Positions 54,770 through 64,000 of a stretch of DNA of 64,000 nucleotides are shown here, one piece after another. The position numbers and the translations under genes were made by a program. The notes under the pieces were generated by a model. It saw nothing but the letters and a program-made list of their open reading frames with translations, searched no databases and was not told the DNA's origin. Numbering within the stretch: position 1 is the first letter of the stretch; the number at the start of each line of letters is the position of its first letter. The DNA comes from Paracoccaceae bacterium (lineage in GTDB: Bacteria > Pseudomonadota > Alphaproteobacteria > Rhodobacterales > Rhodobacteraceae): assembly GCA_039969355.1 (NCBI GenBank), contig JBDVOA010000008.1, positions 42,874 through 106,873 on the forward strand, written 5' to 3'.

Positions 54770-55573
54770 TCAAGGCGATGGACTAGCATTAAAAATAAAC
54801 AGAGTTTCTCCGCCGACTTCGTATCCATTGATCAGGTCGGCCGCTCGCGCTGACGTCAGCCAGTCTTCCAGTCTTAATGCAAGCTCCGATTTGACATGAG
54901 AGTGACGTTCCACGCTGATCGGCAAATAGGCATATTGGTTGAAGAGCGCAGGGTCACCGGAATACAGCAATGCCAGATCCGACTTGTTGGCAAAATTCAG
55001 CCAGCTGGCACGGTCGGCGATGATATAGGCGTTCATACCAGCAGCGGTATTAAGGGCGGTTCCCATGCCTGCCCCAACGGCCCGATACCAACCATCAAAC
55101 GCGACGGGGTCCAACGCCGCGGCCGTCCAGAGAGACAACTCCTTCTTATGGGTACCGCTGTCATCGCCACGGCTGACAAAAACAGCTTTGCTGCGCTCAA
55201 TTCGGATCAACGCCTCTGCCGCTGAGTCGGCCCCTTTCACATCAGCTGGATCTGCAACTGGTCCGATGAAAATGAAATCATTGTACATGATCTCGCGGCG
55301 ATGAGGTGCGAAGCCAGCTTCTAGAAATGCATCCTCAGAAGGGCGCGAGTGCACCAAGATGGCATCGACATCGCCCGCTTTGCCCAACCGAAGCGCCTGG
55401 CCGGTCCCCACAACCAGTAGCTGAACTTCAATACCTGTATCATGGGTGATCGCGGGAATCAGAATGTCTGATAGCCCTGAGTTATGGAACGACGTGGTTA
55501 CGGCCAGCTTCATTTCCTCAGCGTGAGCGAATGAACCAAAAAGAACCAACAGCGCAGCCAAAAAGCGTGTCAT
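54770..55573 (-). CDS. TupA-like oxyanion (tungstate/molybdate-type) ABC substrate-binding protein
   Basis: A signal peptide is followed by KLAVTTSFHNSGLSDIL, matching the TTTS..SGL pattern of TupA-like proteins. Confidence 0.7.
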   Translation of the reverse strand: MTRFLAALLVLFGSFAHAEEMKLAVTTSFHNSGLSDILIPAITHDTGIEVQLLVVGTGQALRLGKAGDVDAILVHSRPSEDAFLEAGFAPHRREIMYNDFIFIGPVADPADVKGADSAAEALIRIERSKAVFVSRGDDSGTHKKELSLWTAAALDPVAFDGWYRAVGAGMGTALNTAAGMNAYIIADRASWLNFANKSDLALLYSGDPALFNQYAYLPISVERHSHVKSELALRLEDWLTSARAADLINGYEVGGETLFIFNASPSP

Positions 55574-56286
55574 TCGACAATATCTCCATTCAAAAGGGCA
55601 ATGGCCTGATGCGTCCTTGGGGCACTAAAGAATTCTTCTGACGGGCCACTTTCTATGACTTTGCCCCCCATTAGAAAAACAACATCGCTGGCCAGCCGCC
55701 GCGCCTGGCCGATGTCATGCGTCGACATCAATATCCGGGTTCCATCGGCTTGCGCATTTTTCAGGATTTCTTCGATTTCGCGTGTCGCGCGCCCGTCAAG
55801 ATTGGCGCAGGGTTCGTCCAGAAACAACACTTCCGGCCCACGGATCAATGCGCGCGCCAACGCCAGTTTCTGTTTCTCACCACCTGACAGCAAAGGGGCC
55901 TGCTGGTTAAGTGCTTCACCCAAACCGATTTTCTTGGCCCAGACTTCCGCTTTCGCGTGCGCTTCTGATTTAGGGACACCATGCAAGGTCAAAGGATAAG
56001 CAAGATTTTCACGCACAGAGCGACGCATCATGATCGGGGACTGAAATACAAAGGCCTGGCGAGGTCTGGCTTCCAAAATAGAAACCTGCCAGCGCACATC
56101 GCCGCCAGCCAGCTTTTCCAGCCCGTGCAGCGCGCGCAAGAGCGTGGTTTTCCCTGCCCCGTTTGGTCCTAGAACAATCGTGAAGTCGCCTGCCGAGATG
56201 GTCATATCCACAGGCCCCAGCAACGTCTTGCCGCGCCTTTTTACAACCGCTTGGGTCATTGTGAGTGGCAAAATCGTGCTCACCAT
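55570..56286 (-). CDS. ABC transporter ATP-binding protein
   Basis: Walker A is GPNGAGKTT, the signature is LSGGEKQKL and Walker B is LFLDEP. Confidence 0.9.
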   Translation of the reverse strand: MVSTILPLTMTQAVVKRRGKTLLGPVDMTISAGDFTIVLGPNGAGKTTLLRALHGLEKLAGGDVRWQVSILEARPRQAFVFQSPIMMRRSVRENLAYPLTLHGVPKSEAHAKAEVWAKKIGLGEALNQQAPLLSGGEKQKLALARALIRGPEVLFLDEPCANLDGRATREIEEILKNAQADGTRILMSTHDIGQARRLASDVVFLMGGKVIESGPSEEFFSAPRTHQAIALLNGDIVE

Positions 56287-56984
56287 TTTCCCTCACTTTC
56301 TGTGCGTCCAATCATGTGGATCGTGACATTAACCAAGATGGCAAGCGCTATGAGAACAAACCCCAAGCCCAACGCCAATGCAAAGTCTCCCTTGCCGGTC
56401 TCAAGAGCTATGGCAGTGGTCAGAACCCGTGTCGCATGATCTATATTTCCACCCACAATCATAATGGCGCCTACTTCGCCGATAGCTCGACCAAAGCCTG
56501 CAAGCGACGCCGTGATCAACGCGCGGCGGCCATCCCACAAAAGCGCGGCGATCCGTTGGCGTTTGGTGGTGTTAAGGGAAATCAAAAGATCATGATAATC
56601 CGCCCAAATATCGCGTATGGCCTGATGTGCTATCGACGCAATCAGCGGCGTGATGATAATGATCTGGGCAATAATCATCGCAGTTGGTGTGAACAGCAGA
56701 TTAAACACCCCAAACGGGCCAGAGCGAGATAGCAACAGATAGACGATAAGGCCAACGACAACGGGCGGAAGCCCCATCAGCGCATTCAGAACCGCAATAG
56801 TTGCGCGCCGATGTCGAAATCGTCGTACGGCAAGCCACGCCCCAAACGGCAGTGCCAATGCTGATGCGATGGCGACCGCGGACAAGGTAACCTGCAAAGA
56901 ACGCAAGGTAATCTCAACCAGATCGGAATCCAACGAAACGACAAGCAAAAATGCAGCTTTCAGTCCCTCAAAGATTTCGTTCAT
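56280..56984 (-). CDS. ABC transporter permease (TupB-like)
   Basis: This is a polytopic permease, trimmed to the ATG at 56984. It overlaps the ATPase gene start. Confidence 0.8.
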   Translation of the reverse strand: MNEIFEGLKAAFLLVVSLDSDLVEITLRSLQVTLSAVAIASALALPFGAWLAVRRFRHRRATIAVLNALMGLPPVVVGLIVYLLLSRSGPFGVFNLLFTPTAMIIAQIIIITPLIASIAHQAIRDIWADYHDLLISLNTTKRQRIAALLWDGRRALITASLAGFGRAIGEVGAIMIVGGNIDHATRVLTTAIALETGKGDFALALGLGFVLIALAILVNVTIHMIGRTESEGKW

Positions 56985-57127
56985 TGCAGTTGCTCGTCTG
57001 GTTTGTCCAGCCAAGGTCTGACCCGGCTGTTTCGCGAAGGACCGTTTCATGTGGCTGGCGCATGTTCAATCCGGAAAAACCATAGCTGCCAGATTGGGGA
57101 CATTGCGCCCGTTTTAAACCAAGCGCC

Positions 57128-58051
57128 TCATCCCGGAGCGTACAAATTGTCCAACTGATCAAACGGCACAAGCGCGCCTTTGACGCAGACGACTAGTGCC
57201 GCGCATTTCTGGGCGACTGCGATAGCCTCTTGCGGTGGTCTGCCTTTCAAAACTTCGGACAGATAAGCACCATTGAACGAGTCCCCCGCTGCGGTAGTAT
57301 CGACAACGCCTGACGTGTGCCTGACCGGATAGCTGCTGATCTCACCATTATTGAGAAGAATTGTTGGGTTTTCTCCATCCTTCACGACAATCTGTGATGC
57401 GCCCAAAGACTGATATCGAAGGGCGGTATCTTGCGGCGATATGTCACCAAAACTGATTTTTTCATCATCAAAACTCGGCAAAACGATGTCGGATAAAGCA
57501 CCTGCATCAGAAATGACTTGTTTCATTCGCTCGGCATCATCCCAAAGGTGAGGGCGGATATTGGGGTCGAAAACTATTTGAGCGTTTGGTTTCATGTGAC
57601 CTCGCAGACCTGACAGCAATGCCTCGGCATCGTCCGGGGAAAGAATTGCGAGAGTAATTCCTGAAAAATAGATCAGATCAGAGGCCGCGATTCTGGCCCA
57701 AAGTTGCTGCGGGTATTGCATCATCAAACGTGCTGCAGAAGAATCGCGCCAGTAACTGAAGCTGCGCTCCGCACCATTAAGCTGAATTGAATATAAACCG
57801 GGAACACGCCCTTCAATGCGCGGCACATCTCGACACGAGATACCTGCCGCCTCCACGAAATCCAGCATCTGCTCGGATATCTGATCGGTACCAACGGCCG
57901 TATGAAACCCTACATTAACCTCGCCATGGGCCAAGGCTCGTGCGTACCACAACGCATTAAAAACATCTCCGGCAAATCCTTGTCGCCAAAGGTTCTCCCC
58001 TGCCGAAGACAATTCGATCATGCACTCGCCAATTCCCAATATGGTTTTCAT
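57128..58051 (-). CDS. kdgK: PfkB-family sugar kinase, 2-dehydro-3-deoxygluconokinase-like
   Basis: The N-terminus ILGIGECMIEL and the C-terminal DTTAAGDSFNGAYL motif are present. Confidence 0.8.
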   Translation of the reverse strand: MKTILGIGECMIELSSAGENLWRQGFAGDVFNALWYARALAHGEVNVGFHTAVGTDQISEQMLDFVEAAGISCRDVPRIEGRVPGLYSIQLNGAERSFSYWRDSSAARLMMQYPQQLWARIAASDLIYFSGITLAILSPDDAEALLSGLRGHMKPNAQIVFDPNIRPHLWDDAERMKQVISDAGALSDIVLPSFDDEKISFGDISPQDTALRYQSLGASQIVVKDGENPTILLNNGEISSYPVRHTSGVVDTTAAGDSFNGAYLSEVLKGRPPQEAIAVAQKCAALVVCVKGALVPFDQLDNLYAPG

Positions 58052-58115
58052 TTCTGTTCTCTTTTGATGGAAATTTCAAATTCCGCGCCTAACGACTTTG
58101 ATAAACGCGATCTGC

Positions 58116-59135
58116 CTATGGCACACGATCTAACAGCGAGGCCCGCTTGATAAAGTCTGTTGTGAGTTCAAGGCTATTTACTTCGTTTTGTCCCGAAAGG
58201 CGGGCGAGGAGCACTTTTGCGGCAGCACGTCCCATTTCGATCTGAGGCACCCGCACGGTCGTCAGAGGTGGCGTCAACACGGATGCCAGACCAATATCAT
58301 CAAATCCAACAATCGAGATTTCTTCGGGTATTTTAATGCCCCGATCACGCGCACCCATCATGGCCCCTGCCGCCAATACATCGTTACCGCAGATGATCAC
58401 CGACACTGGATCTTTCCCTGAAACAATAGCTGCGAAGGCGGACCGACCATGTTCGAGCAGGTATTTTTCCTCAACCACACTAATCAAACGGGCGCCATCG
58501 CCAAAATCACCGACCGCTGATCTGACGCCTTCCTGCCGATCCTGGGCACGATCATTACCTCGCGTAACGCCAGAGATCATTGCGATCTTTCGGTGACCGC
58601 AACCCAGAATCTTGATGGTGGCGTTGTAGGCCGCTTTGAAATTGTCAAATCCGACAAAGATTTGCGCGGGATCATTCGCGTAGCACCACGATATCACATA
58701 CGGTACGTTCCGCTTTTTCAGAAACGATTGGGTTTCTTCAGGGCGTTCCTTCCCAATCAAAAGCAACCCACCTGCCCCATTTGCCAAAAGAGACTTGATT
58801 TGCTGCAGTTCGCGCGCAGGATCATAACCTGTACTCGCGATCAATAAAGTCACACCCGCCTCTGCCAGCACCTCCTGAAAGGCCTGAATGCCACTGGAGA
58901 ACATAGCATTTGCCATCGTCGGGATGATCGCACCAACTGTCGTAGTTTTGCTTGACGCAAGCGCTCGACCGCCAAAGTTAGGAGTATATCCCAAAGTATC
59001 AATGGCCCCCTGAACTTTCTCTCGCGTCTTTGCGATAACTTTGTCAGGATCATTCAGGACACGCGATATTGTCGCGGTTGAGACCCCCGCCAACTGCGCC
59101 ACATCTTCGAGCGTAGGCGCTTTGGGTCCGCTCAT
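58116..59135 (-). CDS. LacI-family transcriptional regulator
   Basis: The HTH is TLEDVAQLAGVSTATISRVLN. I trimmed to the ATG at 59135. Confidence 0.9.
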   Translation of the reverse strand: MSGPKAPTLEDVAQLAGVSTATISRVLNDPDKVIAKTREKVQGAIDTLGYTPNFGGRALASSKTTTVGAIIPTMANAMFSSGIQAFQEVLAEAGVTLLIASTGYDPARELQQIKSLLANGAGGLLLIGKERPEETQSFLKKRNVPYVISWCYANDPAQIFVGFDNFKAAYNATIKILGCGHRKIAMISGVTRGNDRAQDRQEGVRSAVGDFGDGARLISVVEEKYLLEHGRSAFAAIVSGKDPVSVIICGNDVLAAGAMMGARDRGIKIPEEISIVGFDDIGLASVLTPPLTTVRVPQIEMGRAAAKVLLARLSGQNEVNSLELTTDFIKRASLLDRVP

Positions 59136-59560
59136 CTCAATGTCGACTCCCCTATGCCGCTGCATCGCTGGCACGCGTGAAACAAGCATTCAAAGGCCAC
59201 CCGGTCACCGAACAGACCATCCTCTTGCAACCCAAAAATGAAAGCGTCCGCTTGATAGGTTGAGAATGGTGGTTTTGCAAGAGACATAGATGTAGATTGC
59301 GCGATTGAGCAGCGTAATTGGCCAGATAAGTTTCCTATTTTGAGGTCGAAAATTACTTGGCTTACGCGGCAAAAACTGATTGCTGGCGATCGTGTTTTTA
59401 CTGGAGTTTCTGAACGATCACTTCGGACACAACACCAAAAATGGGTTGCGCATTCCGGTTCTTGTTGCTCCGCTAAGGTCATTGTGTAAAACAGTTATCT
59501 AAGCATTACTAAGATTCTTACGGAATCAAGTGGCGGAAAATCGTCCAAGGGGGGAACGAG

Positions 59561-60040
59561 GTGCGCGCATTATCGACAGCTCTGCTGCTGTTAGTTGTGT
59601 GGCTCTTGTTGTCAGGGCTCTACAAACCGCTGATAATTGGCCTCGGCCTCGCATCCATTGTCATCACAGTCTGGGTTTTGAGCCGAATGGACCAGGTTGA
59701 TGGCGATCAGATCAAGTTCCCAATCCGACCATTCAAAATGGCCAGCTATGCGATTTGGCTGCTGGTTGAGATTGCGAAATCGAATTGGCGTGTCGCCAAC
59801 ATCATACTTGACAAAAACCTGCCGGACCAACAGCACCTGTTTCGCATCCCCAACACTCAAAAATCGGATTTGGGTCAAGTTGTTTTTGCGAACTCGATTA
59901 CGCTGACGCCCGCCACCATTTCGGTCGAAATAGAAGACGGCACATTTCTGGTACACGCGTTGAAGTATGAGAGCACTGATCTTGATGCGCTTGCCGACAT
60001 GGACCAGCGCGTAACCGCAACAGAAACAGGAAGGGCATAG
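59561..60040 (+). CDS. mnhE: Mrp/Mnh-type cation:proton antiporter subunit E
   Basis: The start is GTG. The motif ..ANSITLTPATISVEIEDGTFLVHAL is typical of MnhE. Confidence 0.85.
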   Translation: MRALSTALLLLVVWLLLSGLYKPLIIGLGLASIVITVWVLSRMDQVDGDQIKFPIRPFKMASYAIWLLVEIAKSNWRVANIILDKNLPDQQHLFRIPNTQKSDLGQVVFANSITLTPATISVEIEDGTFLVHALKYESTDLDALADMDQRVTATETGRA

Positions 60041-60042
60041 CG

Positions 60043-60336
60043 ATGTTTCTTGTCGCAGCAATTGCGCTTTTCATTGCCATGGCCTTGGTTCTGGTGCGAT
60101 TGTTTGTTGGCCCTACGCTTTACGACCGGGTGCTGGCGTTGAATGTTTTTGGAACACATACTGTGCTGTTCATTGGCATATTGGGATTTCTGACAGGTAG
60201 GCCGGACTTTCTGGACATCGCGCTGCTTTACGCGCTGATTAACTTTGTCGGAACCATCGCGATCCTCAAGTACTTCAGATATCGCGCAATCGGGGATGTA
60301 CCGGAGTATAGCGGTGAACAGGAGGTCGAAAATTGA
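60043..60336 (+). CDS. mnhF: Mrp/Mnh antiporter subunit F
   Basis: The 97-aa product has three TM segments and the pattern ..GPTLYDRVLALN.. Confidence 0.85.
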   Translation: MFLVAAIALFIAMALVLVRLFVGPTLYDRVLALNVFGTHTVLFIGILGFLTGRPDFLDIALLYALINFVGTIAILKYFRYRAIGDVPEYSGEQEVEN

Positions 60337-60719
60337 CTTTAGCTGAAGCCATTATTGAGGGGCTAAGTTGGGGCCTTATTCTTTCTGGATCTGCATTTGC
60401 AATCATTGGATCGTACGGAACTGTTCGTTTTTCATATTTCTGGTCCCGCCTTCACGCAGCCTCCATCACCGATTCTGGCGGTATGATCTTGTTGATACTG
60501 GGAATGTGTCTCCAGTCCGGTCTGACGCTTATTACCGTAAAACTATTGTTCATCGGATTGTTCATGTTCATCACCGGGCCGACTGCGACCCATGCTGTAG
60601 CAAATGCTGCAATCGTCTCTGGTTTGCTCCCAACCGAAGGCAAAGGATTGACCGATGCGACACCCAAACCTCCAAGCCGTACAAATCCCGTGCTACGCGG
60701 CAAACTAAACAAGAATTAG
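60333..60719 (+). CDS. mnhG: Mrp/Mnh antiporter subunit G
   Basis: The pattern ..AIIGSYGTVRFSYFWSRLHAASITDSGG.. is typical of MnhG. Confidence 0.85.
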   Translation: MTLAEAIIEGLSWGLILSGSAFAIIGSYGTVRFSYFWSRLHAASITDSGGMILLILGMCLQSGLTLITVKLLFIGLFMFITGPTATHAVANAAIVSGLLPTEGKGLTDATPKPPSRTNPVLRGKLNKN

Positions 60720-60730
60720 ATCGCAAAAAA

Positions 60731-61297
60731 TTGACTGTAACCCTTATAAATATAACACTTTTTTCGATGCTGGTCCTGACAGCGCTGGCGATCGTTCGGA
60801 ATGACCGACTCTTTGCAGTTGTCATGCTATCGGGTGTTTTCAGCCTATTATCAGCTTTATTGTTTGTCACGTTGGATGCTGTCGATGTCGCATTTACCGA
60901 AGCAGCAGTTGGTGCAGGCATCTCTACGATATTATTGCTGGGCACGATGGCGCTAACCTCGCGCACCGCCAAGCCCTCGACACGCTCATCTGCCATTCCC
61001 CTTACGGTTGTCTTCGTAACCGGCGCAGTGCTGATCTATGGCACGTTGGATATGCCAAACTTTGGAGATCCGAACGCCCCGGTACATACGCACGTTGGGC
61101 CGGATTATCTGGAGCGTAGCGTGGAAGAAATTGATGTGCCGAACGTGGTGACCGCAATTTTGGCCAGCTATCGGGGCTTTGACACACTGGGGGAAGTTGC
61201 GGTTGTTTTTACCGCCGGTATTGGCGTTTTGTTGTTGATCAGTGGCCTGCGCCGACGCGGCGAGGATGAACCTGATGATGAAAGCGCGGAGACCTGA
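60731..61297 (+). CDS. DUF4040/MnhB-N-like membrane subunit (MbhD-like)
   Basis: The start is TTG at 60731, or ATG at 60767. The motif ..LLSALLFVTLDAVDVAFTEAAVGAGIST.. is present. The track ORF's first ~120 aa overlap mnhG out of frame and were discarded. Confidence 0.7.
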   Translation: MTVTLINITLFSMLVLTALAIVRNDRLFAVVMLSGVFSLLSALLFVTLDAVDVAFTEAAVGAGISTILLLGTMALTSRTAKPSTRSSAIPLTVVFVTGAVLIYGTLDMPNFGDPNAPVHTHVGPDYLERSVEEIDVPNVVTAILASYRGFDTLGEVAVVFTAGIGVLLLISGLRRRGEDEPDDESAET

Positions 61298-61737
61298 TGC
61301 GACATCACCTGATATTGCGCGTCGTGACCAAACTCCTGGTCGGTTATATCATCCTTTTTGCGTTTTATGTGCAGTTTCACGGTGATTATTCACCCGGCGG
61401 CGGGTTTCAGGCCGGGGTGATCATGGCTGTAGCCTTCGTGCTTTACGGTGTCGTCTTTGGACTGCGCAAAGTGCAAAAAGTCTTTCCAGCCTGGCTGGTC
61501 CACAAACTTGTCGCGCTGGGTTTGCTGATATATGCGGGGACCGGTGTTGCCAGCCTATTCCTAGGATACAACTATTTGGACTACGGCGCATTTAATCCGC
61601 ATCACCCCTCTCATGGTCAACATTGGGGTATTCTCGTGATCGAATTGGGGGTCGGTGTGACCGTTACCGGTGTGATGGTGGCAGTTTACTATGCCTTTGC
61701 TGGTCGCCCACCCCGCCTAAGCGATGAGGAGTGGTAA
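61297..61737 (+). CDS. mnhB: Mrp/Mnh antiporter subunit B
   Basis: The ..HGDYSPGGGFQAGVI.. motif is present. Confidence 0.85.
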   Translation: MRHHLILRVVTKLLVGYIILFAFYVQFHGDYSPGGGFQAGVIMAVAFVLYGVVFGLRKVQKVFPAWLVHKLVALGLLIYAGTGVASLFLGYNYLDYGAFNPHHPSHGQHWGILVIELGVGVTVTGVMVAVYYAFAGRPPRLSDEEW

Positions 61738-62165
61738 TGGAAACCGGTAGCTTCTTTGTTGGGCACATAAACTATTGGCTGTTCATCGTACTGATGATGA
61801 CAGGGCTATATATTGTCGTGGCTAAGGGCAATCTGATTAAGAAGATCGTCGGCCTCAATATGTTCCAGACGGCCGTATTCATGCTTTACATCTCTATCGG
61901 CAAGATCGAAGGCGGAACGGCCCCGATCTTTCCTCTTGATATGAATGTTGATCCGTCGGTCGCCTATTCTAACCCGCTGCCGCATGTTCTGATCCTTACC
62001 GCGATTGTTGTTGGCGTCGCAACGACGGCGCTTGGCTTGGCTCTCATCGTTCGGATTCGTGAGGAATTTGATACGATTGAAGAAGATGAAATTCTGGAGA
62101 TCGAACAAAGGCTCGCTCGCGAAGACAACATTATTCACGGTGAATCGATGGGCGGACGGGCGTAA
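61731..62165 (+). CDS. mnhC: Mrp/Mnh antiporter subunit C (NuoK-like)
   Basis: The product has three TM segments and the pattern ..LIKKIVGLNMFQTAVFMLYI.. Confidence 0.85.
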   Translation: MVMETGSFFVGHINYWLFIVLMMTGLYIVVAKGNLIKKIVGLNMFQTAVFMLYISIGKIEGGTAPIFPLDMNVDPSVAYSNPLPHVLILTAIVVGVATTALGLALIVRIREEFDTIEEDEILEIEQRLAREDNIIHGESMGGRA

Positions 62166-63691
62166 TGGCGGCTGACACAACTCAGCACGTTGCAAAAACG
62201 CTGATCGATCACCTCCCGGTTCTGCCGATTTTGATCCCCCTCATCGCAGCGCCTCTGTGCGTTCTGCTTGGTAGCCGCCGGCTGGCATGGCCGATTGCTT
62301 TTGGGGCAAGCGTGTTGTCCTTTATCGCGTCCAGCCTGTTGTTGGGGCAGGTCATTGATGGCGGGTTCCTATCCTACTGGCTGGGCGGATGGGCGCCTCC
62401 ATTAGGTATCGAATATCGAGTTGACGCGGCAAACGCCTTTGTTCTTTTCCTCATTTCCGGCATCAGTTCGGTCGTTCTGATCTATGCCTCCGAGAGCCTG
62501 AAAAGCGAGATTCCCGAGGCCAGTCACACCCTGTTCTACTCTTGTTTTTTGCTTTGTTTTACTGGGCTTATGGGTGTCGCGGTAACAGGCGACGCCTTTA
62601 ACGTCTTTGTGTTTCTTGAGGTGTCTTCCCTGTCGACCTACGTGCTGGTTGCACAAGGGGCGCATCGGGACAAACGCGCGCTGACGGCCGCTTATGACTA
62701 CTTGATCATGGGAACCATTGGCGCCACTTTTTTTGTGATCGGCATTGGCTTTCTTTACATGGCGACCGGAACGCTCAACATGGCTGATCTGGCCGACAGG
62801 ATCGCGGATCAGGGGGCAAGCCGAACGGTGCAGGCCGCGTTTGCCTTTATCGTCGTTGGCATGGGGCTAAAGCTCGCGATCTATCCGCTGCACTTATGGC
62901 TGCCAAATGCCTATACATTTGCGCCCTCCGCGGTAACTGCTTTTCTAGCGGCGACCGCCACCAAGGTGGCGGTATACGTCATGATCCGCTTCATGTTTTC
63001 GGTGTTTACACCCGATTTTGATTTCGAAGTGGCCGTGCTCTACTATGTTATCCTTCCATTTGGATTAATTGCGATGTTCCTGGCCTCCTTCGTCGCGATT
63101 TTCCAGAATGATTTCAAACGGATGCTGGCCTATTCCAGCATCGCCCAGATCGGGTATATGCTGCTGGGTATCGGTCTGGTTTCATCAACGGGCTTGACCG
63201 CCGCAATTGTCCATCTTTTCAACCATGGCATCACCAAAGCCGCCTTGTTCATGGGCGTCGGCGCATTGGTCCTCAAATGCGGCAGTTCTTTTTATGACCG
63301 CATTCCGGGCATGGGAAAGACGATGCCATGGACAAGCGCCGCAATCGTCATTGGCGGCGTCAGCCTGATCGGTGTACCTGGCACAGCCGGTTTCGTCAGC
63401 AAATGGGTATTGGTACAGGCCGCGCTTGAAAAAGGCTGGTGGCCAATAGCAATTCTGATTGTTCTGTCTTCGCTTTTGGCCGTGATTTACGTCTGGCGGG
63501 TGGTTGAAGTGCTTTATGTCAAGCAATCCACCAAGGGTGATACGCTGGACGAAGTACCACTGAGCATGCTGATCCCCATGTGGGCGATGGCGCTGGCCTG
63601 CATTTACTTTGGTCTGAACACCGACATTACGCTGGCTGCAGCGCGCGCCGCAGCAGATGGCCTGATGGCTGGTCCGGTCGGGTTGCAGTAG
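62165..63691 (+). CDS. mnhD: Mrp/Mnh antiporter subunit D (NuoN/M-like proton-conducting subunit)
   Basis: This is a 508-aa polytopic protein of the NuoL/M/N family. Confidence 0.9.
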   Translation: MAADTTQHVAKTLIDHLPVLPILIPLIAAPLCVLLGSRRLAWPIAFGASVLSFIASSLLLGQVIDGGFLSYWLGGWAPPLGIEYRVDAANAFVLFLISGISSVVLIYASESLKSEIPEASHTLFYSCFLLCFTGLMGVAVTGDAFNVFVFLEVSSLSTYVLVAQGAHRDKRALTAAYDYLIMGTIGATFFVIGIGFLYMATGTLNMADLADRIADQGASRTVQAAFAFIVVGMGLKLAIYPLHLWLPNAYTFAPSAVTAFLAATATKVAVYVMIRFMFSVFTPDFDFEVAVLYYVILPFGLIAMFLASFVAIFQNDFKRMLAYSSIAQIGYMLLGIGLVSSTGLTAAIVHLFNHGITKAALFMGVGALVLKCGSSFYDRIPGMGKTMPWTSAAIVIGGVSLIGVPGTAGFVSKWVLVQAALEKGWWPIAILIVLSSLLAVIYVWRVVEVLYVKQSTKGDTLDEVPLSMLIPMWAMALACIYFGLNTDITLAAARAAADGLMAGPVGLQ

Positions 63692-63692
63692 G

Positions 63693-64000
63693 ATGGGGGG
63701 CCTTTTGGATACAAATACTGCCATAGTGCTCAGCATGTTGATCCCCGCAGCTGCAACTGTGTCCAACATGGTGCTGCGCAACAGTCCGGATTTGCGTGAT
63801 GCCGTGACGTTTGCTGCATCTCTTGCAACTTTTGGCGTCGTTCTGACGATACTCTCAAACGTTGGGAGCGGTACAACAGAACCTTACGTGTTGTGGGCAG
63901 TGATGCCGGGACTTGACCTCGCATTTAATGTTGAGCCGCTGGGCCTGCTATTTGCCATCGTCGCTTCTGGCCTATGGATCCTGACGCATATTTACGCCAT
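63693..64000 (+). CDS. Second MnhD/NuoM-like proton-conducting subunit (3'-partial)
   Basis: The ATG lies 2 nt after the previous stop, and the frame is open to the window end (..LAFNVEPLGLLFAIVASGLWILTHIYA). It is absent from the ORF track because no stop lies in the window. Confidence 0.7.
   Translation, partial: MGGLLDTNTAIVLSMLIPAAATVSNMVLRNSPDLRDAVTFAASLATFGVVLTILSNVGSGTTEPYVLWAVMPGLDLAFNVEPLGLLFAIVASGLWILTHIYA

Noticed and set aside
60368-60730. N-terminal 120 aa of track ORF 60368-61297
   Set aside because: This part overlaps mnhG out of frame and has an odd Cys/His/Arg-rich composition. Membrane-protein-like sequence starts only at about 60731.
1-64000. CRISPR arrays, IS elements/transposases, rRNA, intact tRNA, riboswitches
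   Set aside because: While reading both strands I saw no regularly spaced short repeats, no transposase-like ORFs, no rRNA-like stretches and no leader with recognisable riboswitch motifs. This was a by-eye scan, so small elements could have been missed.

Overview
This is a 64-kb chromosomal segment. Its content suggests a marine alphaproteobacterium of the Rhodobacteraceae type (TTT transporters, betaine-type ABC system, a DMGDH-like enzyme, ptsP-lysC synteny), but that placement is inference only. Most of the window is metabolic and transport DNA. It holds a 5'-truncated molybdopterin oxidoreductase, an arylsulfatase, and a LysR-controlled TctCBA + lyase + two-component Rieske oxygenase cluster. 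A second TTT/PrpF/2-hydroxyacid dehydrogenase cluster has a TctDE-like two-component system. Further along are a tightly coupled ProXVW-type ABC operon with a DMGDH-like enzyme and two choline-kinase-like genes, then ptsP-lysC, a TupABC-like transporter, kdgK plus a LacI regulator, and an Mrp-type antiporter operon in the order E-F-G-B'-B-C-D-D. I found no rRNA genes, intact tRNA genes, CRISPR arrays or transposases.

Two patches look accessory. The first (about 2.4-7.4 kb) holds decayed tandem island remnants marked by two identical 47-nt tRNA-Cys 3' halves with no 5' half. It carries hipBA, an HTH protein gene full of DNA-level repeats, an AT-rich cassette encoding a Met/His-rich secreted protein, and an integrase stump. 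The second (about 19.4-26.2 kb) holds a RelE/ParE-type TA pair, three gene stumps, and an AT-rich insertion. That insertion encodes a lipoprotein and a 1046-aa SAM / class III cyclase / P-loop STAND / TPR protein. I rank this last gene pair as the best candidate for an uncharacterised signalling or conflict system, but similar cyclase-ATPase-TPR proteins are common in alphaproteobacteria.

All family assignments come from reading motifs by eye, with no searches run.
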